From positions 1 to 50,433 of IMG/VR virus record IMGVR_UViG_3300017721_000911: a stretch of DNA of 50,433 bases. The stretch is one strand, 5' to 3'. Both the position numbers and the translations under genes were made by a program. The first letter of the stretch is position 1, and each line of letters opens with the position of its first letter. This document shows, piece by piece, positions 37,267-46,753 of the stretch. Source of the stretch: a virus (lineage: Duplodnaviria; Caudoviricetes). Below the pieces are notes generated by a model, which was given only the letters and a program-made list of their open reading frames with translations, ran no database searches and was not told the DNA's origin.

Positions 37267-38778
37267 ATGCCTGTTGAACTTTTTGGTCTTTCAGTAGGTA
37301 GAACTAAAAGAGAGGCGGCTTCTCGAAATACACCAATTGAGAAGAATGCTGCCTCTTTTGTTCTGCCTGATATAGATGATGCAACTCCGGTTGAAGCCGG
37401 TGGTTACTACGGTGTGGGTATTGACCTTGATGGTTCACTTCGCGGTGAAACACAATACATTACAAAATATCGTGAAATGGCGATGCAACCGGAGATTGAA
37501 CAAGCGGTTGAGGATATTTGTAATGAATCGGTTATTACAGGGGAACAAAGATTTCCTGTTGCTCTGAATCTTGATAATTTAAAAGTTTCAGATGATGTCA
37601 AAGAAAAAATGAATTCTGAATTCAATCATATTCTTCGACTCCTTGATTTTAATAATAAAGGTTATGAAATTTTCCGAAGATGGTACATCGATGGAAAAGG
37701 TTATTACCATATGATCTTTGATCCCTCAAATAGTAAGAGGGGTATCATTGAGATGCGTCCTATTGATGCAGCAAAAATTAAAAAGATTGCTAAGGTTGAT
37801 AAAGAGACGGATAAAAAAACTGGTGTGAAGAAAATTAAAAGTGTCAGAGAGGTTTTCATTTATCGTGAAAAACCTACAGATTCTTCTGCAATTGAAATCG
37901 CACCCGAAGCAATTTGTTATTACCCATCTGGTCTTTATGATTCTACACGAGAGCGAGCAATTTCATATTTGCAAAAGGCAATTAAGCCTCTAAACCAACT
38001 TCGGATGGTTGAAGATGCAACTGTAATCTATCGTCTTTCTCGTGCCCCCGAGCGAAGAATCTTTTATGTTGATGTTGGTTCGCTTCCCAAAAACAAAGCA
38101 GAGCAATATGTCAAAGGTTTGATGAATCGATATCGTAATAAACTTGTTTACGATGCCAACACTGGTGAGATTCGTGATGACCGCAAATTTATGAATATGC
38201 TTGAGGACTACTGGTTCCCTCGTCGTGAAGGCGGTAAAGGCACAGAAGTATCCACGCTAGACGGTGGACAGAACTTAGGTGAAATGGAAGACGTTCTATA
38301 TTTTGAAAAGAAACTTTACAAATCTCTTAACATTCCAATGTCTCGCCTTGAAGCCGATAGTGGATTCAATATGGGTAGAGCATCAGAAATTACAAGAGAC
38401 GAATTGAATTTTCATAAATTTATTGATCGCTTGCGATACAAATTCAATATGCTGTTTATGAATGCTCTTCGTGTTCAATGTTTATTGAAGAATGTAATGT
38501 CTGATAAAGACTGGTACAAGATTGTTCAAGATATTCGTTTTGATTATGTCTCCGACTCTTACTTTACAGAGAGCAAAGAGTACGAAGTTTTAAAAGAACG
38601 TCTTGAAGTTCTACGTGAGATCAATGATCACATCGGAGATTACTATTCACGAGAATGGGTGAGAAGAAATATCCTTCGTCAAACTGATGAAGAAATTAAG
38701 ATAATGGACAAAAGTATTTCCAAGGAAAGAGAACTTGGATTGATTCCTGAGAAATCCGAAATGGGGGGAGGCTTCTAA
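37267..38778 (+). CDS. gp20: portal protein gp20
   Basis: FRRWY.DG, NQLRM.EDA.VIYR.SRAPERRIFY.DVG.LPK, EDYW.PRREGG.GTE. Confidence 0.98.
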   Translation: MPVELFGLSVGRTKREAASRNTPIEKNAASFVLPDIDDATPVEAGGYYGVGIDLDGSLRGETQYITKYREMAMQPEIEQAVEDICNESVITGEQRFPVALNLDNLKVSDDVKEKMNSEFNHILRLLDFNNKGYEIFRRWYIDGKGYYHMIFDPSNSKRGIIEMRPIDAAKIKKIAKVDKETDKKTGVKKIKSVREVFIYREKPTDSSAIEIAPEAICYYPSGLYDSTRERAISYLQKAIKPLNQLRMVEDATVIYRLSRAPERRIFYVDVGSLPKNKAEQYVKGLMNRYRNKLVYDANTGEIRDDRKFMNMLEDYWFPRREGGKGTEVSTLDGGQNLGEMEDVLYFEKKLYKSLNIPMSRLEADSGFNMGRASEITRDELNFHKFIDRLRYKFNMLFMNALRVQCLLKNVMSDKDWYKIVQDIRFDYVSDSYFTESKEYEVLKERLEVLREINDHIGDYYSREWVRRNILRQTDEEIKIMDKSISKERELGLIPEKSEMGGGF

Positions 38779-39416
38779 TGGATCTATACCGTAATGCAAT
38801 TGGTCTAATCGAAAATGCTCCTGATCAAATTGTAAAAACTTATCTCGATTCGTTGCTTGCTTCAAAAACACTCAATTTAATTGAGGAAGCAGAAGAGTCT
38901 CGCCCAGAGAAAAAAGAGGCAGAGGCAAGTGAGGAAGGTGACAAGGATGATGTCACACTTGACCCAGAGTTTCAAAAAGAATTTTTTCTAAAGACTTTTG
39001 AACACAAAGGAAAAGTTATCACCTTGAAAAAAGTTGGTATGGGTGCATCTGCTCCTGTGTCCGCGTATGTTGATGGTAAACGAAAAGATATTTTTCTTAC
39101 ACTGAAGCAGGCACGCAGGGGTATTAAGAAAATTATTGATATGGAAGAGAAAAGAAAAGAAGTTGTCAAAGAATCATTTGTAAACGCAACAATTTCTGAT
39201 CTTGAAACAATTGATGAGTCCGGAGCAAGTGTTATTTTTAAGGACGATTCAATTGCATTTTTATCACAAAAGAACGCAAATTTTATTGTCGAAACTTACA
39301 AGTCACTAAATAAGAAGAATAAAGACAAGTTTGAAAACAAGTTGAAGACCTCAAGTGAGGAAGCGATTCAAATGGTCAACTTCTTTCAGGAACGAATCAA
39401 AAGGGATATCATATGA
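38778..39416 (+). CDS. hypothetical, probable prohead core / internal head protein
   Basis: Occupies the T4 gp67/gp68 position; highly charged; I-x-E sites; C-terminal Y.SLN..N...F segment. Confidence 0.6.
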   Translation: MDLYRNAIGLIENAPDQIVKTYLDSLLASKTLNLIEEAEESRPEKKEAEASEEGDKDDVTLDPEFQKEFFLKTFEHKGKVITLKKVGMGASAPVSAYVDGKRKDIFLTLKQARRGIKKIIDMEEKRKEVVKESFVNATISDLETIDESGASVIFKDDSIAFLSQKNANFIVETYKSLNKKNKDKFENKLKTSSEEAIQMVNFFQERIKRDII

Positions 39417-40279
39417 ACTCTCAGCACATCGTAGACTCAATCATTAATAGAGATTATAACGAAGCCGAACAAACGATGTTCGAGTCTCTCACAAAAAAAC
39501 TTAGTGATAAAATCATTGAGTCAAAGTATGAAGTTGCTAACCAATTCCGTGAGGAGATGGATGGTGAATCTGGCTATGATGCTTTCTTTAAGAAGGCAAT
39601 GAAGAAGTTTGGTATTTCTTCTCCTGCTGACTTGAAGACAGACGAAAAGAAAAAAGAATTCTTTGATTACATCGACAAAAACTTTACCGCCAAAAACGAA
39701 GGATATGGCGGTATGGGTATGATGCGTAAGCGTGGTGGAAGTGAAGAAGAGTTTCCCTTTGGACAAAATCCTTTCCGACCTGTAAGTACCCCAGACGATA
39801 GACCACCTGTCGATCCTCGACCAGTCGGTGGTCGCCCCGGTCCCAAGATTACTCGTGATCCACTTCGACCAAACTTCCCCGGTATTTCTGATCCCGTTGG
39901 TGGTGGTCGCCCCGGTCCCAAGATCACTCAAGATCCACTGCGTCCAAACTTCCCCGGCATCGAGGGTGAAATGCCGGAGATGGGTGCTGAGATGATGGGA
40001 ATGGATAAGGAAAAGGACAAAGAATCTGACGACCTTGAGACTGCAATTAAAAAGGCTCTTGACGTAGCAGGTAAAGAACAAGCCCAAGCACCACAAGCAC
40101 AAGGTGGTATGCCTCCAATGGGCGGCGGCGGAGAAAACCCAATGGCTGCAATGGCTAAGATGATGGGTGGTGGACAAACGCCTCCTATGGACGGTGGTGG
40201 AGAAAACCCAATGGCTGCAATGGCTAAGATGATGGGTGGAATGAAAATGAATCGTCGTAAAATGGGCGGGGGAATGTAA
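39413..40279 (+). CDS. probable prohead core / internal protein with Pro-rich and Met/Gly-rich repeats
   Basis: gp67-like N-terminus (I..I....Y.EA...F...L..K); between gp20 and gp21; internal tandem repeats. Confidence 0.65.
   Translation: MNSQHIVDSIINRDYNEAEQTMFESLTKKLSDKIIESKYEVANQFREEMDGESGYDAFFKKAMKKFGISSPADLKTDEKKKEFFDYIDKNFTAKNEGYGGMGMMRKRGGSEEEFPFGQNPFRPVSTPDDRPPVDPRPVGGRPGPKITRDPLRPNFPGISDPVGGGRPGPKITQDPLRPNFPGIEGEMPEMGAEMMGMDKEKDKESDDLETAIKKALDVAGKEQAQAPQAQGGMPPMGGGGENPMAAMAKMMGGGQTPPMDGGGENPMAAMAKMMGGMKMNRRKMGGGM
39827..39960 (+). repeat. two-copy degenerate direct repeat, period 75 bp
   Basis: Encodes GGRPGPKIT[R/Q]DPLRPNFPGI twice. Confidence 0.9.
40130..40239 (+). repeat. two exact 41-bp direct repeats, period 69 bp
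   Basis: GGAGAAAACCCAATGGCTGCAATGGCTAAGATGATGGGTGG at 40130-40170 and 40199-40239. Confidence 0.92.
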
Positions 40280-40932
40280 TGTTACTGATTACAGAAGTAA
40301 ATGATAATGTTAATCTCGTCACCGAAGAAGTAAATGGTGAGAAGCAATATCATATCGACGGCATCTTTATGCAAGCCGAGCAAAAAAATAGAAATGGTCG
40401 CGTTTACCCAAACAAAGTTTTGATGAACGAAGTCCAAAAGTATAACAATGAATATGTGAAACCCCAAAGAGCAATGGGAGAACTTGGACATCCCGAGGGA
40501 CCATCGCTCAATCTCGAAAGAGTTTCCCACCTCATTAAAGAAATGAGAATTGATGGAAACGACATTTACGGAAAAGCAAAAATTCTTGATACCCCCTATG
40601 GCAAAATTGTCAAAAGTCTTATTGACGAGGGTGTGAAGATTGGTGTCTCTTCAAGAGGTATGGGTTCACTTAAAGAAAAAGGTGGCATCAACGAAGTTCA
40701 GGATGACTTCTCACTTGCCGCTGTCGATATCGTTGCTGATCCATCGGCTCCTGACGCTTTTGTTCAGGGAATTATGGAAGGCAAGGAATGGGTGTGGGAA
40801 AACGGTATTCTCACATCTCGTGCAATCGAAACAGTCAAAAAACAAATTGCGACTGCTTCGCGTTCAGAATTAGAGGAGGCGAAGTTACTCGTGTTCGCAG
40901 ATTTCCTCTCAAAATTATCTAGAGATAAATAA
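40279..40932 (+). CDS. gp21: prohead protease gp21
   Basis: GIFMQAE..NRNGR.YP, GELGHP, GVSSRG.GS, DIVADPSAP.A.V.G..E. Confidence 0.98.
   Translation: MLLITEVNDNVNLVTEEVNGEKQYHIDGIFMQAEQKNRNGRVYPNKVLMNEVQKYNNEYVKPQRAMGELGHPEGPSLNLERVSHLIKEMRIDGNDIYGKAKILDTPYGKIVKSLIDEGVKIGVSSRGMGSLKEKGGINEVQDDFSLAAVDIVADPSAPDAFVQGIMEGKEWVWENGILTSRAIETVKKQIATASRSELEEAKLLVFADFLSKLSRDK
40925..40931 (+). promoter_or_regulatory. late promoter for gp22-gp23
   Basis: ATAAATA upstream of AAGGAG. Confidence 0.7.
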
Positions 40933-40951
40933 AAAAGACAAGGAGAATCTA

Positions 40952-41971
40952 ATGAGTCTTGAAAACGCTCTTGAAACTGCGAAACAAATTTTAGAAGACC
41001 AAGGCGAAGGTATGCCTATGTCCCCTCCCGGAACTTCTGTAGAAAAGAAGAAAAAGGGTGGTGGCGATGCTGAAACTGCTGATGGTAAAGGTGCTGAAAC
41101 CAGTGATGGTGTCACTCCGATGTTTGCCAAGCCACTCGAAAAGGGTGAACTAGGTAAAACACATTCTACGGATCTTTCTGATAAGGAAAGTGAAGAAGAG
41201 TATGGAAGTGAAGAAGAAATGGCTGGCAAAAAGCAATTGAAGAAAATGATGGCTGGTGCTGGTATGTCAGAAGAATTCGTCGAGAAGGCTTCTGAAATCT
41301 TCGATCACGCTGTCGATCTTCGGGTTGATCAAGTTCGTAATGATCTTTCTGCCGAATTTGAATCATCAATTGAAGAACATAAGGAACATCTTGCTACTAA
41401 ACTTGATGATTACTTATCATACGTTGTCGAAAACTGGATGGGCGAAAATCAAGTCGCCGTCGAGTCCGGCATTCGTTCTGACATCAATGAGTCATTTATG
41501 AGAGGTCTTAAGCAACTCTTTGAATCTCACTATGTCACAATGCCAGAAGAGCGTTATGATCTTGTCGATGGTTTGAACAATCGTATTGAAGCACTCGAAG
41601 AAAAGTTAAATGAGTCTCTTGAAAAGAACATTGATCTTTCAAAGGGTGTTGTTAAGGCTCAAGCCGAAGCAATCTACGAAAATGCTGCCCGTGATCTTTC
41701 TTCTATTGATGAAGAAAAGTTTAGAAAAATGGCAGAAAACGTTGATTTTGATAACATTGAAGAATTCAGTGCATCAATTGAAAATTTAAAAGAAAACTTC
41801 TTTGAGGGCGAGGATGGCGTTGTCACTCCTATGCTCACCGAAGAAATCCAAATTCTGAGTGAGGAAGAAGCAGATCAACAAAATCAGGCTGATCTCACTC
41901 CCCGAATGTCTAAATATGCGTCTATGCTCAATCGTATGAGCCACGCGGACTCTAATAGAAGTCAACACTAA
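40952..41971 (+). CDS. gp22: prohead core scaffold protein gp22
   Basis: SEEF..KA..IF, D.YL.YVVE.W..EN..A.E.G.R, ESF..GLK.LF..H. Confidence 0.95.
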   Translation: MSLENALETAKQILEDQGEGMPMSPPGTSVEKKKKGGGDAETADGKGAETSDGVTPMFAKPLEKGELGKTHSTDLSDKESEEEYGSEEEMAGKKQLKKMMAGAGMSEEFVEKASEIFDHAVDLRVDQVRNDLSAEFESSIEEHKEHLATKLDDYLSYVVENWMGENQVAVESGIRSDINESFMRGLKQLFESHYVTMPEERYDLVDGLNNRIEALEEKLNESLEKNIDLSKGVVKAQAEAIYENAARDLSSIDEEKFRKMAENVDFDNIEEFSASIENLKENFFEGEDGVVTPMLTEEIQILSEEEADQQNQADLTPRMSKYASMLNRMSHADSNRSQH

Positions 41972-41989
41972 CAAGAAGGAGATTCCATA

Positions 41990-43456
41990 ATGGAACAGTT
42001 ATTAGTTGAAAATCTCAAAAAGAAGTGGGAGCCAGTCCTTAACTGTGAAGGTATGAATCCCATTCGTGATAATTATCGTAAAAACGTCACGGCAATCTTG
42101 CTTGAAAACCAAGAAAAGGCTCTTCGTGAAGAAGCCAACGTTGCTCCGGTTCCCGGTGCAAACGGTTTTATTGATACCCAAGGTACGTTCGATGCCGTCG
42201 CCGGTTTCGATCCCGTCCTGATTTCTCTCGTTCGTCGTTCGATGCCTAACCTCATCGCCTACGATGTCTGTGGTGTTCAGCCACTTTCCGGTCCTACCGG
42301 CTTGATCTTCGCTATGAAGGCTAAGTTCACTGGCAAAGCATCTCCTGATGCTCCGGAAGCACTGTTTGACGAAGCACCAACACAGTTCTCTGCAACTTCA
42401 TCGGGCTTGACCGGCGGTCAAGGCTTCCCATCAATTGGTGGTACAGGCGACCCCCTTGGTGTTCGACAAACTGCTGGACACTTCGGTGCAGCCACTGAAG
42501 GTGGTTTAGGTGGTGATCCTACTGCTCCTGAAAGCACTCTCTCAATGAAGGCTTTCTCCGGTGCAGACACTGCTGAATTTGAAACTAGCACCTTTGGACA
42601 AATGGCGTTCGTTATCGACCGTACATCTGTCGTTGCAAAGACTCGTGCATTGAAGGCTGAATATACTTCTGAACTCGCTCAAGACCTTAAGGCTATCCAC
42701 GGTCTTGATGCCGAAGTTGAATTGGCAAACATTCTCTCGTCTGAGATTCTTGCTGAAATCAACCGTGAAGTGATTCGTACCATCTATCGTGGTGCTAAAC
42801 TTGGCGCACAACAAGGTGACTTGAAATTCAAGGCTACTGGTGTTTCGGGTCTTTCTGGTGGTGACTTGACTGGTCTTGGTGGTATCTACGATGTCGCTAA
42901 TGACTCCGATGGTCGCTGGTCTGCTGAGAAATTCCGTGGTTTGATGTTCCAACTCGAACGTGAAGCCAACGTAATTGCTAAGGAAACTCGTCGTGGTAAG
43001 GGTAACTTCATCATCACGACTTCCGATGTCGCTTCGGCTCTCGCAATGTCTGGTTTCTTGAACCTGACCCCAACCCCTGATGTTAATCTCGACGTTGATG
43101 ACACTGGCAACACCTTTGCTGGTACACTGAACGGTCGTATTAAGGTTTACATCGATCCTTACTCCGTGTCTGGTGCTGATTACATCTGTACTGGCTACAG
43201 AGGATCCAGCCCATACGATGCTGGTATGTTCTACTGCCCATACGTTCCGTTGCAAATGGTTCGTGCAGTCAACGAAACCAACTTCCAACCGAAGATTGGC
43301 TTCAAGACTCGATACGGTCTGGTGAACAACCCATTCGTTTCGGGTAATGGTGAAGGTTCGACAGCCAACAAGAGTGACCCTCATTCTTCCGCTGCCGTTC
43401 GTTCTAACCAATACTACAGAATCTTCCGTGTTATTAACCTTCACGGTGCAGACTGA
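41990..43456 (+). CDS. gp23: major capsid protein gp23
   Basis: KW.PVL, LLENQEK, DPVLISLVRR.MP, GPTGLIFA, RALKAEY..ELAQDLKA.HG, FQPKIGFKTRYG. Confidence 0.99.
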   Translation: MEQLLVENLKKKWEPVLNCEGMNPIRDNYRKNVTAILLENQEKALREEANVAPVPGANGFIDTQGTFDAVAGFDPVLISLVRRSMPNLIAYDVCGVQPLSGPTGLIFAMKAKFTGKASPDAPEALFDEAPTQFSATSSGLTGGQGFPSIGGTGDPLGVRQTAGHFGAATEGGLGGDPTAPESTLSMKAFSGADTAEFETSTFGQMAFVIDRTSVVAKTRALKAEYTSELAQDLKAIHGLDAEVELANILSSEILAEINREVIRTIYRGAKLGAQQGDLKFKATGVSGLSGGDLTGLGGIYDVANDSDGRWSAEKFRGLMFQLEREANVIAKETRRGKGNFIITTSDVASALAMSGFLNLTPTPDVNLDVDDTGNTFAGTLNGRIKVYIDPYSVSGADYICTGYRGSSPYDAGMFYCPYVPLQMVRAVNETNFQPKIGFKTRYGLVNNPFVSGNGEGSTANKSDPHSSAAVRSNQYYRIFRVINLHGAD

Positions 43457-43480
43457 TTCTAAGTAAAAAATTAAATACGC

Positions 43481-43515
43481 AAGATAGGGGAGTCGAAAGG
43501 CTCCCTTATCTTTTT
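43481..43515 (+). terminator. rho-independent terminator after gp23
   Basis: AAGATAGGGGAGTC-GAAA-GGCTCCCTTATCTT followed by TTT. Confidence 0.9.
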
Positions 43516-43519
43516 ACAC

Positions 43520-43526
43520 CTAAATA
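43520..43526 (+). promoter_or_regulatory. late promoter for gp3
   Basis: CTAAATA immediately after the terminator and 5 nt before the ATG. Confidence 0.7.
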
Positions 43527-43531
43527 ATCAT

Positions 43532-44119
43532 ATGGGTATTAACACCGTAGATTCAGATTCAATTTTTAATAGCAATAATCAGTTGCCATCTATCACTGCT
43601 GGGTTTGCTGGTGCTTCTCTCGAAACAGCCGAGGATAAGCAACCATCAAATGTAAATTATCTGTACCAAACTCTGTTTAAATTTGAAATCTTTCGTTTAC
43701 CAAAAATGGAATATTTCATTCAAAGAGTCAATCTTCCCGGTTTCGGAGCAGATGCTAATCTTGAGCAGCCCACACGATTCGTTGCGGCAAAGCATCCAAA
43801 CACAAAAGTTAATTATGAAAATCTAACGATGACCTTTTTGGTCAATGAAGATATGTCAAACTGGCGTGAGATTTACGAGTGGATGAGAACAATTTACTTA
43901 ACAAAAGATAGTAAGAATTTTGAAAGTAAAATCTCTACACACTTCACCGATGGTTCTCTTCATATTCTAAACAGTGCAATGAATCCAAAACTACAAGTTC
44001 GTTTCCGGAACCTTCTGCCTGTTAGTCTTTCTGGTTTTGAATTTGATTCGTCGGTGACTGACATTGCTCCATTTACTGCGAATATCACCTTTGCCTACGA
44101 TTATTACGAATTCGTCTGA
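43532..44119 (+). CDS. gp3: tail tube terminator gp3
   Basis: N.L....F.F.I..LP..EYF.Q.VNLPG, FLV.EDM.NW.EI..W, P.SLSG..F; follows gp23. Confidence 0.9.
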   Translation: MGINTVDSDSIFNSNNQLPSITAGFAGASLETAEDKQPSNVNYLYQTLFKFEIFRLPKMEYFIQRVNLPGFGADANLEQPTRFVAAKHPNTKVNYENLTMTFLVNEDMSNWREIYEWMRTIYLTKDSKNFESKISTHFTDGSLHILNSAMNPKLQVRFRNLLPVSLSGFEFDSSVTDIAPFTANITFAYDYYEFV

Positions 44120-44126
44120 TTTCCTC

Positions 44127-44154
44127 TTGACACGCCCTTGGGTACTCTTATAAT
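44127..44154 (+). promoter_or_regulatory. consensus sigma70 promoter for uvsY
   Basis: TTGACA (44127-44132), 16-nt spacer, TATAAT (44149-44154). Confidence 0.8.
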
Positions 44155-44190
44155 CCGAGTGTCAACGAGAAAAAGGGATAAAGAATTATT

Positions 44191-44625
44191 ATGGAACTTA
44201 ATGAACTTAGAGTATTAGTAGAGCAAGATGCCCAGATTGATGATACCCAACTCGATACGGAATCCTTGAGACTTCCTGCTCTTCACAACAAATATCTCAA
44301 CTTTTACCACGATGCCAAACTCAGATATGAGAAAGCGTCAAATGAATACAATCGTCTGTATCGGCTCAAGTGGGAATACTATACAGGAAAAATGGATCAG
44401 GAAACCCTTGACAAAAAAGGATGGGAACCTTTTCAACACAATATTCTCAAGCAAGATATTCCTATCTTTATGAACAGTGACGAAGACCTGTGCAAAAGAA
44501 AAGAAGTTATTACATATGTGAAATCTATTGTAGAGTATCTTGAAGATGTTGTGAAAGAAATCACATTCCGACACACCAAGATCAAAAATGCAATTGAATG
44601 GAGAAGATTCTTGTCCGGAGCATAA
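44191..44625 (+). CDS. uvsY: recombination mediator UvsY
   Basis: D..ID...L..ESL..P.LH.KY, KWEYY.GK, IKNAIEW.RF..G. Confidence 0.95.
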   Translation: MELNELRVLVEQDAQIDDTQLDTESLRLPALHNKYLNFYHDAKLRYEKASNEYNRLYRLKWEYYTGKMDQETLDKKGWEPFQHNILKQDIPIFMNSDEDLCKRKEVITYVKSIVEYLEDVVKEITFRHTKIKNAIEWRRFLSGA

Positions 44626-44628
44626 ATA
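44622..44628 (+). promoter_or_regulatory. late promoter for uvsW
   Basis: ATAAATA 6 nt before the ATG at 44635. Confidence 0.65.
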
Positions 44629-44634
44629 TAATGT

Positions 44635-46158
44635 ATGCCCGATTACACGATTGAGGACATTGATTCTTCAAATATCAAAGTCCGCTGTGAAAGACATCTT
44701 GCCAAGGAACTCTCTGACTTCTTTACCTTTAAAGTACCCGGAAGAGAGTTTATGCCCGCGTATCGTGCAAAGAGGTGGGACGGGCAGATCAAACTCTACA
44801 ATCTGTATTCACAACGCATCTACGCAGGACTTGAAGCATACATTCTCAAGTTTTGTCAGGATCGAAAGTATACGATTGAATTACCAAAAAGAAGTTCTCC
44901 CCCGACATTCTCAGAAGCCCACCTAGAATCGCTTCTAAGCAGTTTGAATATTTCTATCGGTGGGAAGTCGATTGATCCCCACAAGCACCAGAAAGAAGCC
45001 ATCCTACACGGTATGAATACAAACCGTTGTTTGTTGTTATCACCAACAGGATCAGGCAAGTCTTTGATCATCTATACGCTTCTGAGACACTATTTGAATC
45101 TGATTCCAAAGGAACAGAAAGTTTTAATTATTGTTCCAACTATTGGACTTGTTTCTCAAATGTTCTCTGACATCTGTGACTATGCAGGCAAAGATACAAG
45201 GTGGAATCCAAGAGAACAGACACACAATGTGTATGCCGGTAAAGAAAAGAACACAAAGAAACGAGTGGTCATCTCAACTTGGCAGTCATTACACAAACTA
45301 CCACCAGAATACTTTCAGCAGTTCGGTGCAGTCTTTGGCGACGAAGCACACTTGTTCAAGTCAAAGTCGCTGAGTTCAATTATGACCAAACTTACTCGTT
45401 GTCCGTATCGTATCGCAACGACAGGAACACTCGACGGAATGCTCACTCACAAGTTAGTGATTGAAGGATTGTTTGGTCCGGCGAAGAAGATTATTACAAC
45501 GAAGAAGTTGATGGAAAAGAAGTTGCTTACCAACTTGACTATTGACTGCTTGCTGCTAAAATATTCTGGTAGCGATAGACAACGGATCAGAAGAACACCA
45601 TATCAAGATGAGATAGAATGGCTCATCACTGACGAAAGACGAAACAAGTTTATATGTGATTTAGCCCTGAAAACAAAAGGCAATACACTCATACTGTTTC
45701 AGTTTGTGGAGAAACACGGAAAGGTTCTAAACAAAATGCTAAAAGATTGTGGAAAACCTGTGTTCTATATTCACGGCGGAACCGACGTTGAGCAGCGTGA
45801 AGAAGCCCGTAAAGTTGCAGAAACAATCGACAACGGAATCATCCTTGCATCCTATGGAACATTTTCGACCGGCGTGAACATCAAACGCCTAAATAATATT
45901 GTGTTCTCATCACCGTCAAAGAGTCGGGTCAGGGTGCTACAGAGTATTGGAAGACAACTTAGAAAGTCTATTCACAAAAGCACCGCACGACTCTACGACA
46001 TCTGTGATGACTTGTCGTGGAAAAAGTATCAGAATCACACTCTTCGTCATTTTATAGAACGTAAAAAAATATACGACGCTGAGAAGTTTGACTACTCAGT
46101 GATTACGATACCACTACAGGGAGAACGGAATGAGCAAAACCCCCTTCAAGATTCTTAA
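44635..46158 (+). CDS. uvsW: SF2 DNA helicase UvsW
   Basis: WDG.I.L, SPTGSGKS, DEAH, TGT, ASYGTFSTG.NI, QSIGR.LR. Confidence 0.97.
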   Translation: MPDYTIEDIDSSNIKVRCERHLAKELSDFFTFKVPGREFMPAYRAKRWDGQIKLYNLYSQRIYAGLEAYILKFCQDRKYTIELPKRSSPPTFSEAHLESLLSSLNISIGGKSIDPHKHQKEAILHGMNTNRCLLLSPTGSGKSLIIYTLLRHYLNLIPKEQKVLIIVPTIGLVSQMFSDICDYAGKDTRWNPREQTHNVYAGKEKNTKKRVVISTWQSLHKLPPEYFQQFGAVFGDEAHLFKSKSLSSIMTKLTRCPYRIATTGTLDGMLTHKLVIEGLFGPAKKIITTKKLMEKKLLTNLTIDCLLLKYSGSDRQRIRRTPYQDEIEWLITDERRNKFICDLALKTKGNTLILFQFVEKHGKVLNKMLKDCGKPVFYIHGGTDVEQREEARKVAETIDNGIILASYGTFSTGVNIKRLNNIVFSSPSKSRVRVLQSIGRQLRKSIHKSTARLYDICDDLSWKKYQNHTLRHFIERKKIYDAEKFDYSVITIPLQGERNEQNPLQDS

Positions 46159-46753
46159 ATTGAGAAGCGGCGATGATATCGTTGCACATTTAATTAAAAA
46201 TACAAAAGACTTTATTCGGCTTGAGCGTCCGATGCTCCTCAAAGTGATGCACTATGTTGACAACCACAGCGGAAACAAAAGAGAAACGATCGTTTTGGTA
46301 GACTGGTTGAAGGCAACCACATCCAATCACATTGACATACCGAGAGATCATATTCTTGGAATCTTTGATTGTGACCCAGACATTCTCCAAGCCTACGAAT
46401 TTCAAAAGAAACTTGATGATAACCCCCAACTAGGATATAAAATGGACGACCCACGACAAATGAAACTTCCGTTCGGCAAAAGACCTATAACTCCTCCTCC
46501 GAACATTGACAATATCTTGAAGATCGTTGCAGCAAAGATTGACGATATGAAAAGCAAGATTGATAAAGAGATGGATGATCAGGACATCGAAGAAGCATTA
46601 GAGGCGATGGGTATGGACCCAGAATCAATTAAAGAAATTATCGATGATGAAGATATCGATGTTGATATTGAGATGATCGATAATAAAAAACGAAAAGATT
46701 ATGGAGAATCTTTTATGGATTGGTCGCCAAAATTAGATGATTACTTGACATAA
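46130..46753 (+). CDS. conserved hypothetical protein between uvsW and gp55, with an acidic tail
   Basis: ILKL.SG.DI.A N-terminus typical of the small gene at this position in T4-like phages. Confidence 0.65.
   Translation: MSKTPFKILKLRSGDDIVAHLIKNTKDFIRLERPMLLKVMHYVDNHSGNKRETIVLVDWLKATTSNHIDIPRDHILGIFDCDPDILQAYEFQKKLDDNPQLGYKMDDPRQMKLPFGKRPITPPPNIDNILKIVAAKIDDMKSKIDKEMDDQDIEEALEAMGMDPESIKEIIDDEDIDVDIEMIDNKKRKDYGESFMDWSPKLDDYLT

Noticed and set aside
27599-40239. Repeats as a CRISPR array or a DGR template/variable pair
   Set aside because: All are in-frame coding repeats without unique spacers; no adenine-specific mismatch pattern and no reverse transcriptase or cas gene in the window.
42542-43444. 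300-aa ORF antisense to gp23, and similar ORFs opposite gp32 and 39413-40279
   Set aside because: Codon-aligned antisense frames stay open in highly biased genes; no independent coding signal.
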